DNA from: Candidatus Moraniibacteriota bacterium
Lineage (GTDB): Bacteria; Patescibacteriota; Minisyncoccia; Moranbacterales; UBA1568
DNA: 64,000 bases
Assembly (NCBI GenBank): GCA_037201605.1
Contig: JBBCGM010000002.1
Span: forward strand, 80,697-144,696
Direction: 5' to 3'
The translations under genes were made by a program, and so were the position numbers. A model generated the notes under the pieces. The model was not told the DNA's origin. It saw only the letters and a program-made list of their open reading frames with translations, and did no database searches. Of the stretch, positions 9,566-19,102 are shown piece after piece; position 1 is the first letter of the stretch; each line of letters opens with the position of its first letter.

Positions 9566-10063
9566 ATGTCAGAACAGCAGTCCTCCGAAACCATTCTTAA
9601 AAATCTCGCCGAAGGCTTGATTGCCAAACTCGGTTTCGTTGGCAGCGTTCGGGTATCTCAGAAAGAAGATTCGCTTCCGCCAGTGTGGCAGATTGATATT
9701 ACCCTGCCAGAAGGACAGCATTTCCTGATCGGGCAGCACGGGATGAATCTCGGAGCCCTCCAGCACCTTATAAAGATCCTGGGACGCCGAGCGCTCGCTG
9801 AAGAAGGGACTCTGCTTGTAGATGTCAACAACTACTTTGCCGAAAAACGTTCGTTTCTCGAGCGCGAAGCGTATCAAGCAGCCGAGGAGGCTCTGAAAAC
9901 AGGGTTTGCGGTTACTCTCAAGCCGATGCAGCCTTTCGAGCGCAAGATCGTCCATACGGCACTTGCTTCCAATACGGCGGTAATTACCGAGAGCGTCGGA
10001 AAGGGTGATGAGCGACGGGTCTTGGTGCGTCGTCGGGAGGAAGAGGCAACAGAATCCGAATAA
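9566..10063 (+). CDS. jag: Jag/KhpB-like KH + R3H RNA-binding protein
   Basis: ATG at 9566 (MSEQQSSE...). C-terminus ...PFERKIVHTALASNTAVITESVGKGDERRVLV is an R3H-type motif. Follows yidC. Confidence 0.75.
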   Translation: MSEQQSSETILKNLAEGLIAKLGFVGSVRVSQKEDSLPPVWQIDITLPEGQHFLIGQHGMNLGALQHLIKILGRRALAEEGTLLVDVNNYFAEKRSFLEREAYQAAEEALKTGFAVTLKPMQPFERKIVHTALASNTAVITESVGKGDERRVLVRRREEEATESE

Positions 10064-10096
10064 ATAAAAAGAAGGTCAGATACCTTCGGAATACCT

Positions 10097-11551
10097 ATGC
10101 CGGTAGCTAGAAAAATCGCGTACAACGTGGTTCTCAACTCCTTTTTCAAGGTTTTTTCGACTGTCGCACTCTCGCTTCTTTCTATTCGTTACGTCACGGC
10201 TTACTTGGGCCAGGATGGTTTCGGCAAATACGCTACGGTCCTAGCTTTTTTCGCTTTCTTCTCAGCTATTCTTGATCTCGGCCTCGGACCCGTGACTGCC
10301 CGGGAAATTTCTCGCGAAGGTGCCGATGAGAAAATGATTCTGGGGAATGTCCTGACCCTCCGCCTCATCGCTTCTTCTCTTCTCCTTCTGATTGCCCCGC
10401 TCTCACTCCTCATTTTCCGCTACCCTCCCGAGCTTGAAATCGGCATCATGATAGCGGCTTTGACGACCCTCTTTTCCACCGCTTCCCTCGTTCTCAATGC
10501 TATTTTCCAGAAATACCTAGCGATGGATCGGGTGGCGATGATCGAATTTGCCGGCAAAGTCCTACAATTGGCACTTATCCTCATTATTGTCAGAATAGAT
10601 GCCGGGTTTTTGGCGGTGACCGCCACGCTCCTTATCTCCCTTTCTTTCAATGCCGCTCTTGCCTATTTCTTCTCTCGCCACTATGTTTCCTTCCGCCTCC
10701 GCCTCGACCTCGGTTACTGGAAACGTTTTCTCGTCGAGTCTCTCCCCATGGGAGCAACGGCTATTATCACCTTTGCCTATTTTAAGTTTGATACCATCCT
10801 CCTTTCGCTTTTGCAGTCCAGCGCGGATGTCGGTATTTACAATGTCGCCTATAAGATTATCGAGAATCTTGTCTTTTTTCCGGCTATGGTTGCGGGCCTT
10901 ATCCTGCCCCTCCTTTCTCGCTTTATCTATACTGACCGCGCGCGTTTCGAGGAAATTGCCAACAAGACCTTCAAAGTGTTCATTCTCATCGTACTGCCGC
11001 TTATGGTCGGCACTTTCTTTCTAGCCCCCCAGATCATTGCTATCGTTTCCGGCGGGTCTTTCGCTCTCTCCGTACCGGTGCTTCGCATCCTCATCTTCGC
11101 CCTTGCCTGTATCTTCTTCGGCCAGTACTTCAATATGCTGCTCATCGTTTCCAACGCACAGCGCAAACTCATGACAGCCCTTCTTTTTGTTGCTGTTTTT
11201 AATATCGGCCTTAACCTGTTCTTTATTCCGCGCTATTCCTATATCGGTTCGGCATTCACTTCCGTAGCTACCGAACTTCTGGTGGTGATTCTGACCAGTA
11301 TCCTGGTCTGGCGCCATGTACGGTTCTTCCCCTCTCTCCGGCATGCCGAAAAAGCCCTTTTCTCAGCCGCCGTCATGGCTCTGGCTCTCTTTTTCCTCGC
11401 GCCCGTCTCCTTCCTACTCGCAGGTCTTATCGGCACCCTGCTCTATGCGGGGTGTCTGTGGCTCACCCGTGCCGTCTCTCTTTCTGAGCTCCAACTCCTC
11501 TTTTCCAATCGCGACTCTATTCCGGAGCCGCTGGAAAATCCTACCCTCTAA
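10097..11551 (+). CDS. Polysaccharide/oligosaccharide flippase (Wzx/MOP superfamily)
   Basis: 484-aa protein with about 12-14 TM helices. N-terminus ...LSIRYVTAYLGQDGFGKYATVLAF is typical of polysaccharide biosynthesis flippases. Confidence 0.7.
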   Translation: MPVARKIAYNVVLNSFFKVFSTVALSLLSIRYVTAYLGQDGFGKYATVLAFFAFFSAILDLGLGPVTAREISREGADEKMILGNVLTLRLIASSLLLLIAPLSLLIFRYPPELEIGIMIAALTTLFSTASLVLNAIFQKYLAMDRVAMIEFAGKVLQLALILIIVRIDAGFLAVTATLLISLSFNAALAYFFSRHYVSFRLRLDLGYWKRFLVESLPMGATAIITFAYFKFDTILLSLLQSSADVGIYNVAYKIIENLVFFPAMVAGLILPLLSRFIYTDRARFEEIANKTFKVFILIVLPLMVGTFFLAPQIIAIVSGGSFALSVPVLRILIFALACIFFGQYFNMLLIVSNAQRKLMTALLFVAVFNIGLNLFFIPRYSYIGSAFTSVATELLVVILTSILVWRHVRFFPSLRHAEKALFSAAVMALALFFLAPVSFLLAGLIGTLLYAGCLWLTRAVSLSELQLLFSNRDSIPEPLENPTL

Positions 11552-11562
11552 AAATCGGCCCT

Positions 11563-12435
11563 ATGCCGAATGTTGCCATCCTCGTGCTGAATTACAATGC
11601 CGGGCCGCTTTTGGCCGAGGCGGTCCGGAGTCTGGGTTCGCAGACCCATACTGAAAAAGCGCTCTATATACTGGACAGCGCTTCCACAGACGGTTCTTTC
11701 CAGGCCGTACAGCGGGAATTCCCGAGCCATACCTACCTGCCGCTTGCCAAAAACCGGGGCTTTGCTTCAGGTATTAATGTCGGTTTAGCCAAGGCCTTTG
11801 CCGACGGAGCTCAATTTGCCTGGCTTTTCAACCCCGATGCCGAAGCGGATCCCCGAACTCTCGCCACCCTTCTTGAAACGGCGCAAAAACATCCGGAAAC
11901 AGGGCTTTTCTCTCCGATCATCGCTGATCCTGAAGGCCGTATCTGGTATGCGGGCGGGCGGATACGGTTCTGGCGCATGCGTACCGAGCATCATCAGAAA
12001 CTCTCTTCCAAGGAGAGCTTTGAAACCGCCTTTATGACCGGCTGCGCGCTTCTCATCAGCCGGACCCTCTGGGAGCGCATCGGCGGCTTAGATGAACGCT
12101 TCTTCCTCTACTACGAGGATGCCGACTATTCCCTGAGAGCTATCCGGGCAGGCTTTTCGCTACGGGTGGTGCCTGCTGCCAGGGTTCTGCATCGTGAGCA
12201 AAGCGAGCAAAGTCCCCAGAAAGTCTATTTCCTGGTTCTTTCAGGGCTTCTTTTCTTCCAAAAATATGCCGAGACCAGGCTCCAAAAGACCTTTTTCCGG
12301 GCGCGTGTTACAATACGCAGAATGAAAAACCGCCTCGATCTGGCCCTGCGTCGCCCTCGGGCATCCTGGGTGGCTCGGGCATACGGTGATTTTTTTCAAC
12401 ACGCTGATGTCCGCGATCTCCCTCATCTTCGTTAA
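11563..12435 (+). CDS. Glycosyltransferase family 2
   Basis: VAILVLNYNAGPLL...LDSASTDGS...NRGFASGINVG...YYEDADYS pattern (GT-A fold with DxD-like motif). Confidence 0.8.
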   Translation: MPNVAILVLNYNAGPLLAEAVRSLGSQTHTEKALYILDSASTDGSFQAVQREFPSHTYLPLAKNRGFASGINVGLAKAFADGAQFAWLFNPDAEADPRTLATLLETAQKHPETGLFSPIIADPEGRIWYAGGRIRFWRMRTEHHQKLSSKESFETAFMTGCALLISRTLWERIGGLDERFFLYYEDADYSLRAIRAGFSLRVVPAARVLHREQSEQSPQKVYFLVLSGLLFFQKYAETRLQKTFFRARVTIRRMKNRLDLALRRPRASWVARAYGDFFQHADVRDLPHLR

Positions 12436-13195
12436 TTATCGCAGCGCCCGCTATCTGGAGAGTGCTCTCCAGAGTCTCTTTGCCCAAGAAAAAGAAGAGG
12501 ATTTCGAAATAATCATATCGAATAATGATGCTGAGGAAACGGTGACTCTCCATGGTTTGCAGGCCCGGTATCCCTTTACGCTTGTCGAGAATCGCGGCAA
12601 TATCGGATTTGCCGCTGCTTGCAACCGCGCCGCCGCTCAAGCGAGCGGCGAAGTCATAGGATTTCTCAATCCAGATATTCTCTGGCGGGAAAAACTTCTT
12701 CCGAGCATTATTGCTATTGTTCAAAACGAACAGGCCGTAATCGGGCTCTCTCTTTTAACCACACAGGGTCTGCAGCAAGCGTACGATCATGGTCACGCCC
12801 CGACCCTCTCACGGCTTTTTCTTAATCACCTCCTCCCCCGGAGCCTTTGGAGGCATGCTTCTACGAATCTATCCCTGCGTTCAGTGGATTGGGTGAGTGG
12901 ATGTACCCTCTTTCTTCCGCAGGCGCTTTTTTCCCAACTTGGCGGCTTCGACGAAGACTTTTTTCTCTATTATGAGGACATTGACCTGTGTATGCGCGCC
13001 AAGCTTGCTGGCCGTCCTGTCTGGTACGCAAGTGGTTTTGCGGTCACCCACTTAGGGGGAAAAAGCCAACCTTCTCGCGCCTCCCAGAAGCGCGCCTATT
13101 TTGCCTCCCAGCGCCGCTATTTTGGAAAGCACCGGCCTCTTTGGGAACGCCTCCTCCTTCCCCTTTTCCAGAAAGCAACCCGCGTCTTTTCCTAG
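12407..13195 (+). CDS. Glycosyltransferase family 2
   Basis: MSAISLIFVNYRSARYL...NRGNIGFAAACN...YYEDIDLCMRA. Start chosen at an internal ATG of ORF 12386..13195. Confidence 0.8.
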   Translation: MSAISLIFVNYRSARYLESALQSLFAQEKEEDFEIIISNNDAEETVTLHGLQARYPFTLVENRGNIGFAAACNRAAAQASGEVIGFLNPDILWREKLLPSIIAIVQNEQAVIGLSLLTTQGLQQAYDHGHAPTLSRLFLNHLLPRSLWRHASTNLSLRSVDWVSGCTLFLPQALFSQLGGFDEDFFLYYEDIDLCMRAKLAGRPVWYASGFAVTHLGGKSQPSRASQKRAYFASQRRYFGKHRPLWERLLLPLFQKATRVFS

Positions 13196-13198
13196 AGT

Positions 13199-14458
13199 AT
13201 GCCCACTTTTCTTGCACTCTTTTTCTTTCTCCTTCCTTTTCAGTTCGCCTTAAGTCCTTTGCCGGGGATTGATTTGCCGGTGGCTCGTCTTCTTGTCATC
13301 ATCCTCTTTCTTGTCTGGTTATTTTCTGGTTTAAAGGGGCGCTCTTTGACTCTCCCCAATCCGCAAATACTTTGGCCCACCCTCTTTTTCCTTGTCTGGC
13401 TCGTGCTTTCTTCCCTTTGGGCGCTACAACCTGACTGGGCATGGCGCAAAAGCGCCTTTCTTTTTAATTTTTTTCTTCTCCTCTTCCCGCTTCTCGCCGT
13501 GTTTTCCCGAGAAGGTCAAAAAACTCGCTATCGGATAACGGCAGCTCTCGTGTCCGGGGCGACCCTCTCCGGAATTATGGGCTCTTTGCAATTTTTATCG
13601 CAATTTGTTTTCGGACTTGAGAAAACCTATACTTTCTGGACTTCCTCAATTCTGCCATTCTTTCTCGGACAGGCGTTCGGGGCTTCCGTACGCGAGTATC
13701 CGAGCCTGCTCGTCAATGTCTCTGACCATACGCTCCTGCGTGCCTCAGGCTTTTTTCCAGACCCGCATCTTTTTGGCCTTTATAGCGCTACCGCGCTCTT
13801 CCTCGCGATCTGGCTCTGGCGCTCTTCCGGGAAAAGATTTTGGCTTTTTTTTGGTAGCATCCTCCTCCTTGCTACGCTCCTCTCTTTTTCCCGAGGCGCC
13901 TACCTTGCGCTTTTCTGCGGAACCATCGTACTCACCTTTCCTGCTTTGAAGCAGTATTTCTCGCTACGCCGCATTTTTTTCGTACTCCTTCTTTCTGGCT
14001 TGCTTGTTTTTTCTCCGATCGGCAATCGTTTGCTTTCAAGCTTTTCCCAGAATGACGGCTCAGTAAATGAACGCCTCAGACTTTGGGAAGAGGCGGCGGA
14101 CCATATAAGCGAAAGGCCGCTTGGCGGTGTCGGACTCGGAAGCTATCCCCTCCTTGTCGATCCGCAAGCTCTCTACCGCACGCCGATCTACGCCCACAAT
14201 CTCTACTTGGATGTGTGGGCGGAGATCGGCCTTGTCGGACTGCTGCCCCTCCTGTTTCTCTTCTTGATAGCCCTCAGGCAGCGTACTTCCGAATATGGAG
14301 AAGCTCCCCGGGCCGCACTTGTCGTTTTTCTTGTGCACTCTTTTTTCGAGACTCCTCTTTTTTCCGTCCATTGTCTGCCACTTCTTCTTTTTCTGCTTGC
14401 CTTTCTTCTCGCTCCTCCGCCCAGCATGAACACCTATGAATCTGATCCGCTTTCCTAA
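13199..14458 (+). CDS. O-antigen ligase / Wzy_C family polymerase-like membrane protein
   Basis: 419-aa polytopic protein with LLSFSRGAYLALF and AHNLYLDVWAEIGLVGLL motifs. Confidence 0.75.
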   Translation: MPTFLALFFFLLPFQFALSPLPGIDLPVARLLVIILFLVWLFSGLKGRSLTLPNPQILWPTLFFLVWLVLSSLWALQPDWAWRKSAFLFNFFLLLFPLLAVFSREGQKTRYRITAALVSGATLSGIMGSLQFLSQFVFGLEKTYTFWTSSILPFFLGQAFGASVREYPSLLVNVSDHTLLRASGFFPDPHLFGLYSATALFLAIWLWRSSGKRFWLFFGSILLLATLLSFSRGAYLALFCGTIVLTFPALKQYFSLRRIFFVLLLSGLLVFSPIGNRLLSSFSQNDGSVNERLRLWEEAADHISERPLGGVGLGSYPLLVDPQALYRTPIYAHNLYLDVWAEIGLVGLLPLLFLFLIALRQRTSEYGEAPRAALVVFLVHSFFETPLFSVHCLPLLLFLLAFLLAPPPSMNTYESDPLS

Positions 14459-15695
14459 ATATCTTAAAGATCTCTCGCGAGAAGAAGGCTTTGTTTGTGC
14501 TGTTTTCCTCCTTATCCCCTTGGCCGGACAGCGTCTTTTTGGTACGCCGCTCTACCCATTGGATATCCTGGCCTTTCTTCTCATACTTTTTTCTTTGATG
14601 CGCCGAGAAGGGTTTCGGGACGGTGTCCTTAGGGTCTGGCATCAAGAGAAAGCGCTTGTTTTTGGCACCCTGCTTTTTCTTGTCGGCACGCTTCTCGCCT
14701 TTTTTACGCATGAACGTACACTCACCGGTTGGGGAGAGCTCAAATCTTGGATTCTTGTCCCCCTGAGCATCTTTCTCGCGACCGCCTCTCTCAAAGAGCG
14801 GATACGCCCGATGTTCCTTTGGCTTGCCTGGCTTGCCATGACGGCCATACTCGCCTCGGTCTCTCTGTGGGGATGGTTCAATAACTTCCTTACCTTTGAT
14901 GGACGACTGGCGTATCCTGAAAACTCTCCCAATTTTTTGGCAGAACTTCTCGCTCCTGGACTGCTTCTCTGCTTTTTCTTTGGCTCCCGCTTTTTGCGGA
15001 AAAATATTCTTTTCGTCTTTCTTCCCTTTCTTCTCCTCATTCCCTTTCTTGCAACGCGGTCCTACGGGGCATGGCTTGCATTTTTTCTAGCGGCTTTTTC
15101 CCTCTTCCTCTCTCTTCGTTTGAAGGGAAGGGGCATTCACCTTCTCCTCCTCTCTGTATTCTTTTCTATCGCCATATTCGGCTTCTATGAAATAAGAACC
15201 GATAAATTCACTGCACTCTCTCATCTGGAAGAGCGATCATCCCTTGCATCTCGTATTATGATTTGGAAGAGCGCCGCCTCAATGCTTCACGACGAACCTT
15301 TTCTCGGTATCGGGCTTGGGCGTTTTCAAACGGTCTATCTTGAGAAGCAATCGGAGTTTCCGCCCTACCTGGAATGGGCCGTACCCGAGCCGCATAATTT
15401 CTTTCTTTCTGTTTGGCTTTCCTCAGGACTCCTTGGCCTTCTCGGCATGCTTGTATTGCTTTGGTGGACTGCGCAGAACCTCTTCTTTCTTTTTCGGGCG
15501 CATTCATCAGGGGCAGCTCTTTTACTCAGCCTCTCCCTCTTCCTTCTGGTTTTCGGCTTCTTCGATACTCCTTTTTTCCGTAACGATCTCTCGGTTCTGT
15601 TTTTCCTCTTTCTCCTTCTTGTCCTGCTCGAAAAAACCCGCCTTACAGATAGAGAGGGCGGGCAAGCAGCGCGTTTGAGAAAAGTAAACGGCTAA
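14436..15695 (+). CDS. O-antigen ligase-like membrane protein (second paralogue)
   Basis: 419-aa polytopic protein with TRSYGAWLAFFL and PEPHNFFLSVWLSSGLLGLLGM motifs. Overlaps the previous gene by 23 nt. Confidence 0.65.
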   Translation: MNLIRFPKYLKDLSREEGFVCAVFLLIPLAGQRLFGTPLYPLDILAFLLILFSLMRREGFRDGVLRVWHQEKALVFGTLLFLVGTLLAFFTHERTLTGWGELKSWILVPLSIFLATASLKERIRPMFLWLAWLAMTAILASVSLWGWFNNFLTFDGRLAYPENSPNFLAELLAPGLLLCFFFGSRFLRKNILFVFLPFLLLIPFLATRSYGAWLAFFLAAFSLFLSLRLKGRGIHLLLLSVFFSIAIFGFYEIRTDKFTALSHLEERSSLASRIMIWKSAASMLHDEPFLGIGLGRFQTVYLEKQSEFPPYLEWAVPEPHNFFLSVWLSSGLLGLLGMLVLLWWTAQNLFFLFRAHSSGAALLLSLSLFLLVFGFFDTPFFRNDLSVLFFLFLLLVLLEKTRLTDREGGQAARLRKVNG

Positions 15696-16825
15696 AGGTC
15701 GATACGGTAAAGTTTTTTGGTCGTTCTGTCCGTGAAAAAGAGCGCATCCTCTTTGGGTGAAAGAAAAAGGTCGCTCGAATCAAAATCCTGGCCGATGGCT
15801 TCGGTGTCGAGCAGCCGAGTCTTTTTATTGGTTGTTACATCGATTTTCCAAAAAGTATCCCGGCTTTTCAGGCCTTTTCCGAAATAATCATTGGGAAGTA
15901 CCGTGCCCTGGGGCAGTCCGCCGGGAAGAGCAAAGTACAGCGTCCCTCCGTCACGTGACCAGGCGAGCTTTGAGACAAGTGTCGGAATGGCAAGCGAGCG
16001 CAGCCCGCCGCCTTGCTTGTCAATGAGGCTTACATTCAAGGATTCGCCTCCCGGACCATTGCTCGAACTGATCGCCACTTTATCGCCGCTGGGAGCCCAG
16101 AGATAGTCAGCTCCATAGGGACCTTCAAAGAGTTTCTCAGGGCTTCCTCCGGGCGTAATGCGCTCGAAAAGCGTCTTCTCTGGAGCACTCGGTCTTTTCC
16201 AGAGAGAGAGGCCCGGCGTTTGGGGTATATTTGCGAGGAAAAAGCCGCCCGGGGGCAGATCTGAAAGCGCTTGCCAATTGCTTCCATCGGGATTCGCTGT
16301 GTTTACCGACTGTGCCCCGCTGGGGTCGCGGTAAATATAGAAGATCTTGTCACCGAGAGAATTCCAGGCGGTATTGATAATCCCTTCCTTCAGATCTACC
16401 AGCGTTTTGTTGGCAATATCCGAGAAGTACCAGTGTCCGCCTATGAGCAGAAGTATCTTATCGCGCTTAGGCGACCACAAGACGCGTTCCGGAGTACCGG
16501 GCAGGTTATTGAGAAGGACTGCCTTGTCCTTTCCTTCGAGAGTTGCCTTCTTCAGGGCTTTGTCATCAACGGAATAATAATAGAGCGTCCCGTCACTGCT
16601 TGTCACAGGTGCCAAGACGGCTTCATTGACCGGATTTGAGACTTCGGACGAAACGGAAGAAGTATTTTCATCTGCAGGCGTAGTTGGCGAGGCCTCAGAT
16701 GGCTTCTGGGCTCCGTCACCCGACTTCGGAGTGCTCACGTTGTTGCGGAACGCGAAATTGTAGGCCGCCAGGAAGATCAGGGCCAGAATGAGGAGTGCGA
16801 GGGACGAAAAGAAGACTTTTTTCAT
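15692..16825 (-). CDS. Membrane-anchored beta-propeller (TolB/PD40-like) protein
   Basis: N-terminal TM helix, a low-complexity linker, then repeated ...DG..L.Y......W.PDG.. style blades. Confidence 0.45.
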   Translation of the reverse strand: MKKVFFSSLALLILALIFLAAYNFAFRNNVSTPKSGDGAQKPSEASPTTPADENTSSVSSEVSNPVNEAVLAPVTSSDGTLYYYSVDDKALKKATLEGKDKAVLLNNLPGTPERVLWSPKRDKILLLIGGHWYFSDIANKTLVDLKEGIINTAWNSLGDKIFYIYRDPSGAQSVNTANPDGSNWQALSDLPPGGFFLANIPQTPGLSLWKRPSAPEKTLFERITPGGSPEKLFEGPYGADYLWAPSGDKVAISSSNGPGGESLNVSLIDKQGGGLRSLAIPTLVSKLAWSRDGGTLYFALPGGLPQGTVLPNDYFGKGLKSRDTFWKIDVTTNKKTRLLDTEAIGQDFDSSDLFLSPKEDALFFTDRTTKKLYRIDL

Positions 16826-16849
16826 ACTGATCGCTTACGGAAGAAGTGC

Positions 16850-17947
16850 CTAATTAGCCGGATCCCAGGCGTGAAAGTGCCCAGAGTCCTCATCCCAAAC
16901 CTTATAGCCCCTGTAGGAATATATGGGACGATTCTTACTACTATCAATTTTGGACTGCTTTTGCATGAAAGCAAGCACGGGGTTCCTTCCAATATCTACC
17001 GCCGCTCTTCCGGGACCATGAGTGGCATGACCCGCCTCAGTTCCCCCTGTTACGACTAGGTTACAGCCACATTCTCTTTTAACATCAATAAGCCAAGCTA
17101 TGGTAGAGCTTGGGATGCCATCTAGGCTCGTACAGTTTGTCTGTCCAGAGCTGGAACAATTTGCTTTATTTACACCGATACCATTTTGTTGGAGCTTGGT
17201 TCGTGCGCTGGCATCTGTTTCTACCTGTGCGCCACTGAACTCTTTGGCAGCAAAAGATCCTGAACCTCCGCCAGAAGAACCGCCCCCCCCTCCGTCTGAA
17301 CCCGTACCACCTCCTCCTAAAGAAACGGGACTAAGGGATTGAATCGAAAGGTTGGTCAGATCGGGGTTGATGATGTTGAGAATCAATACCGCTGCAAGCG
17401 CCAGCACCAGCCCGAGGAGGGAATCACGGAGCACTTTTTTGGCACTGGAAACGCTCGAGGTATTGCCCGCACTTGTCAGGTACATGAAGCCTCCGACTGT
17501 AAGCATGAAGATCGCTGAGAGCACGATGAGGACGAGAGCGAGCTGGTAAACGCCTTTGAAATAGGCGCTGAAATCGCCAGTGCTCTCCAAAAAGGGAATA
17601 TTCTCCAGCGGTGTGTAGTTGAGGCCGTTGGCGTAGGAATTTTTGGCGGATAGGCCACTTATTTCATTTGAAGAGGTGGGATTACCATTCTGGTCTATAA
17701 GGCCTTTTTCTTTTGCCTTATCGTCATCAAGACAGCAAAAGCCTCTCGTATCGCCGGCTTCTTCTGATACACACCCTTTTCCAACGAGTGTTTCAGAATC
17801 GTAGCAACCATCTCCCCATAAAATGTTCGTTGGATAGCAAGTAGCCTCAAGGGTTTGACAAGCACTTTTCGTGATGGCCGAAGCTTGCGACGTTGAAAGA
17901 AAAAAAGAAATAGCGCAAAAAACGAGAAAGATTTTTTTATTTTTCAT
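16850..17947 (-). CDS. Secreted Cys-rich / T4SS-pilin-like two-TM module fused via a Gly-rich linker to a putative Zn D,D-peptidase-like domain
   Basis: MKNKKIFLVF signal peptide. YTPLENIPFL...FMLTVGGFMYLTSAGN...LILNIINPDL matches the CPR pilin-like pattern. GGGTGSDGGGGGSSGGGSG linker. C-terminus has THGPGRAAVDI and SGHFHAWD. Confidence 0.5.
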   Translation of the reverse strand: MKNKKIFLVFCAISFFLSTSQASAITKSACQTLEATCYPTNILWGDGCYDSETLVGKGCVSEEAGDTRGFCCLDDDKAKEKGLIDQNGNPTSSNEISGLSAKNSYANGLNYTPLENIPFLESTGDFSAYFKGVYQLALVLIVLSAIFMLTVGGFMYLTSAGNTSSVSSAKKVLRDSLLGLVLALAAVLILNIINPDLTNLSIQSLSPVSLGGGGTGSDGGGGGSSGGGSGSFAAKEFSGAQVETDASARTKLQQNGIGVNKANCSSSGQTNCTSLDGIPSSTIAWLIDVKRECGCNLVVTGGTEAGHATHGPGRAAVDIGRNPVLAFMQKQSKIDSSKNRPIYSYRGYKVWDEDSGHFHAWDPAN

Positions 17948-18029
17948 ATTCGTGAAAATCACCAACAGTATACCATGAAAAAGCGCCTCCAAAAGAGGCG
18001 CTTCAGGAATTCGGAAAGGTAAGAATTTT

Positions 18030-19070
18030 CTAGAAGTCCCAAGAGCCGTTCATGCTCGAAGACTGCGTGTAGTTGACGACCGTCGTCTCGAAGAAGTTCC
18101 CCTTGTCGCTATTCACGTCCTGCAAACGGTCCAGATGCTTATAGGGATTTTCGATGGCATCCGGGAAAAGCGGGTCGATGTTTAGCATCGCCAGGCGTTT
18201 GTTGGCGAGCCACTGGGTGTAGCTGCGCGTTGTGTCGCCGTTCAGTCCCGGGATGCGGTTCCCGAGGATATGGTCGCTCCATTCGATTTCCTGGCGCACA
18301 GCCTCAGCGGTCATTTCCGTGACAAGCTTTTCATCATAGAGATTCGGGAATTCTTTTTTGATCTCGCGGATTATGTTGACGAAGATGCTGATATGAGTCA
18401 CCTCGTCGCGGCGAATATAGGCGATCATGCGTCCGGTCGCGAGCATCTTCATGCGGTCGACCAGCGTATCGAAGAAGGCGAACCCGTTATAGAAGTAGAT
18501 GGACTCAAGCAGGAAGTTGGCCACGATAGCGCGGAAGAAATTCCGATCATTCGGCGTATCTATGAAGTCTTGATAGATCTGGCCGATGTATTGGTTGCGC
18601 TCGCGGAGCGTCTCATCCGTGCGCCAGAAGTAGTAGATCTCCTCACGCTCTTTACTGTCCACGACCGATTCCAGGATGGTGGCATACGACTGCGAATGGA
18701 TGGCTTCCTGATAGGCCTGGATGGCGAGGATCAGATTGACCTCAGGGGAGGTGATGTAGTCGGAGAAGTGCGGTAGGTTCACGGTCTGAAGCGAGTCGAG
18801 GAAGATGAGAAAGGACAGGATACCCTTATAGGCTCGCTGCTCTTCTTCGGAGAGGTCGCTTGTGAACATGCGGGCATCATCTTTGAGTCCGGAAACCTTC
18901 TCCGGCAACCAGAAGTTGCCTACCATGACCTGGTAGAGAGCTTTGGCCCAAGGGTACTTGATGGCGTTCAGATTAAAGAGCCCGGTTGCCGAGCCTTTGA
19001 TGATGGTGCGATGCTCGACCGAGTCCTGGCCGCCCGGGTTAAAGAGCGGATTTTTGTGGAGGGATTCCAT
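18030..19070 (-). CDS. nrdB: Ribonucleotide reductase class I beta subunit
   Basis: 346 aa with di-iron/tyrosyl signatures (E..H pairs: AYQEAIHSQSY, DEVTHISIF). Adjacent to the alpha subunit. Confidence 0.85.
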   Translation of the reverse strand: MESLHKNPLFNPGGQDSVEHRTIIKGSATGLFNLNAIKYPWAKALYQVMVGNFWLPEKVSGLKDDARMFTSDLSEEEQRAYKGILSFLIFLDSLQTVNLPHFSDYITSPEVNLILAIQAYQEAIHSQSYATILESVVDSKEREEIYYFWRTDETLRERNQYIGQIYQDFIDTPNDRNFFRAIVANFLLESIYFYNGFAFFDTLVDRMKMLATGRMIAYIRRDEVTHISIFVNIIREIKKEFPNLYDEKLVTEMTAEAVRQEIEWSDHILGNRIPGLNGDTTRSYTQWLANKRLAMLNIDPLFPDAIENPYKHLDRLQDVNSDKGNFFETTVVNYTQSSSMNGSWDF

Positions 19071-19102
19071 AAAGTCTTGGGTTATTCAGGGATATTTGAT
19101 AT

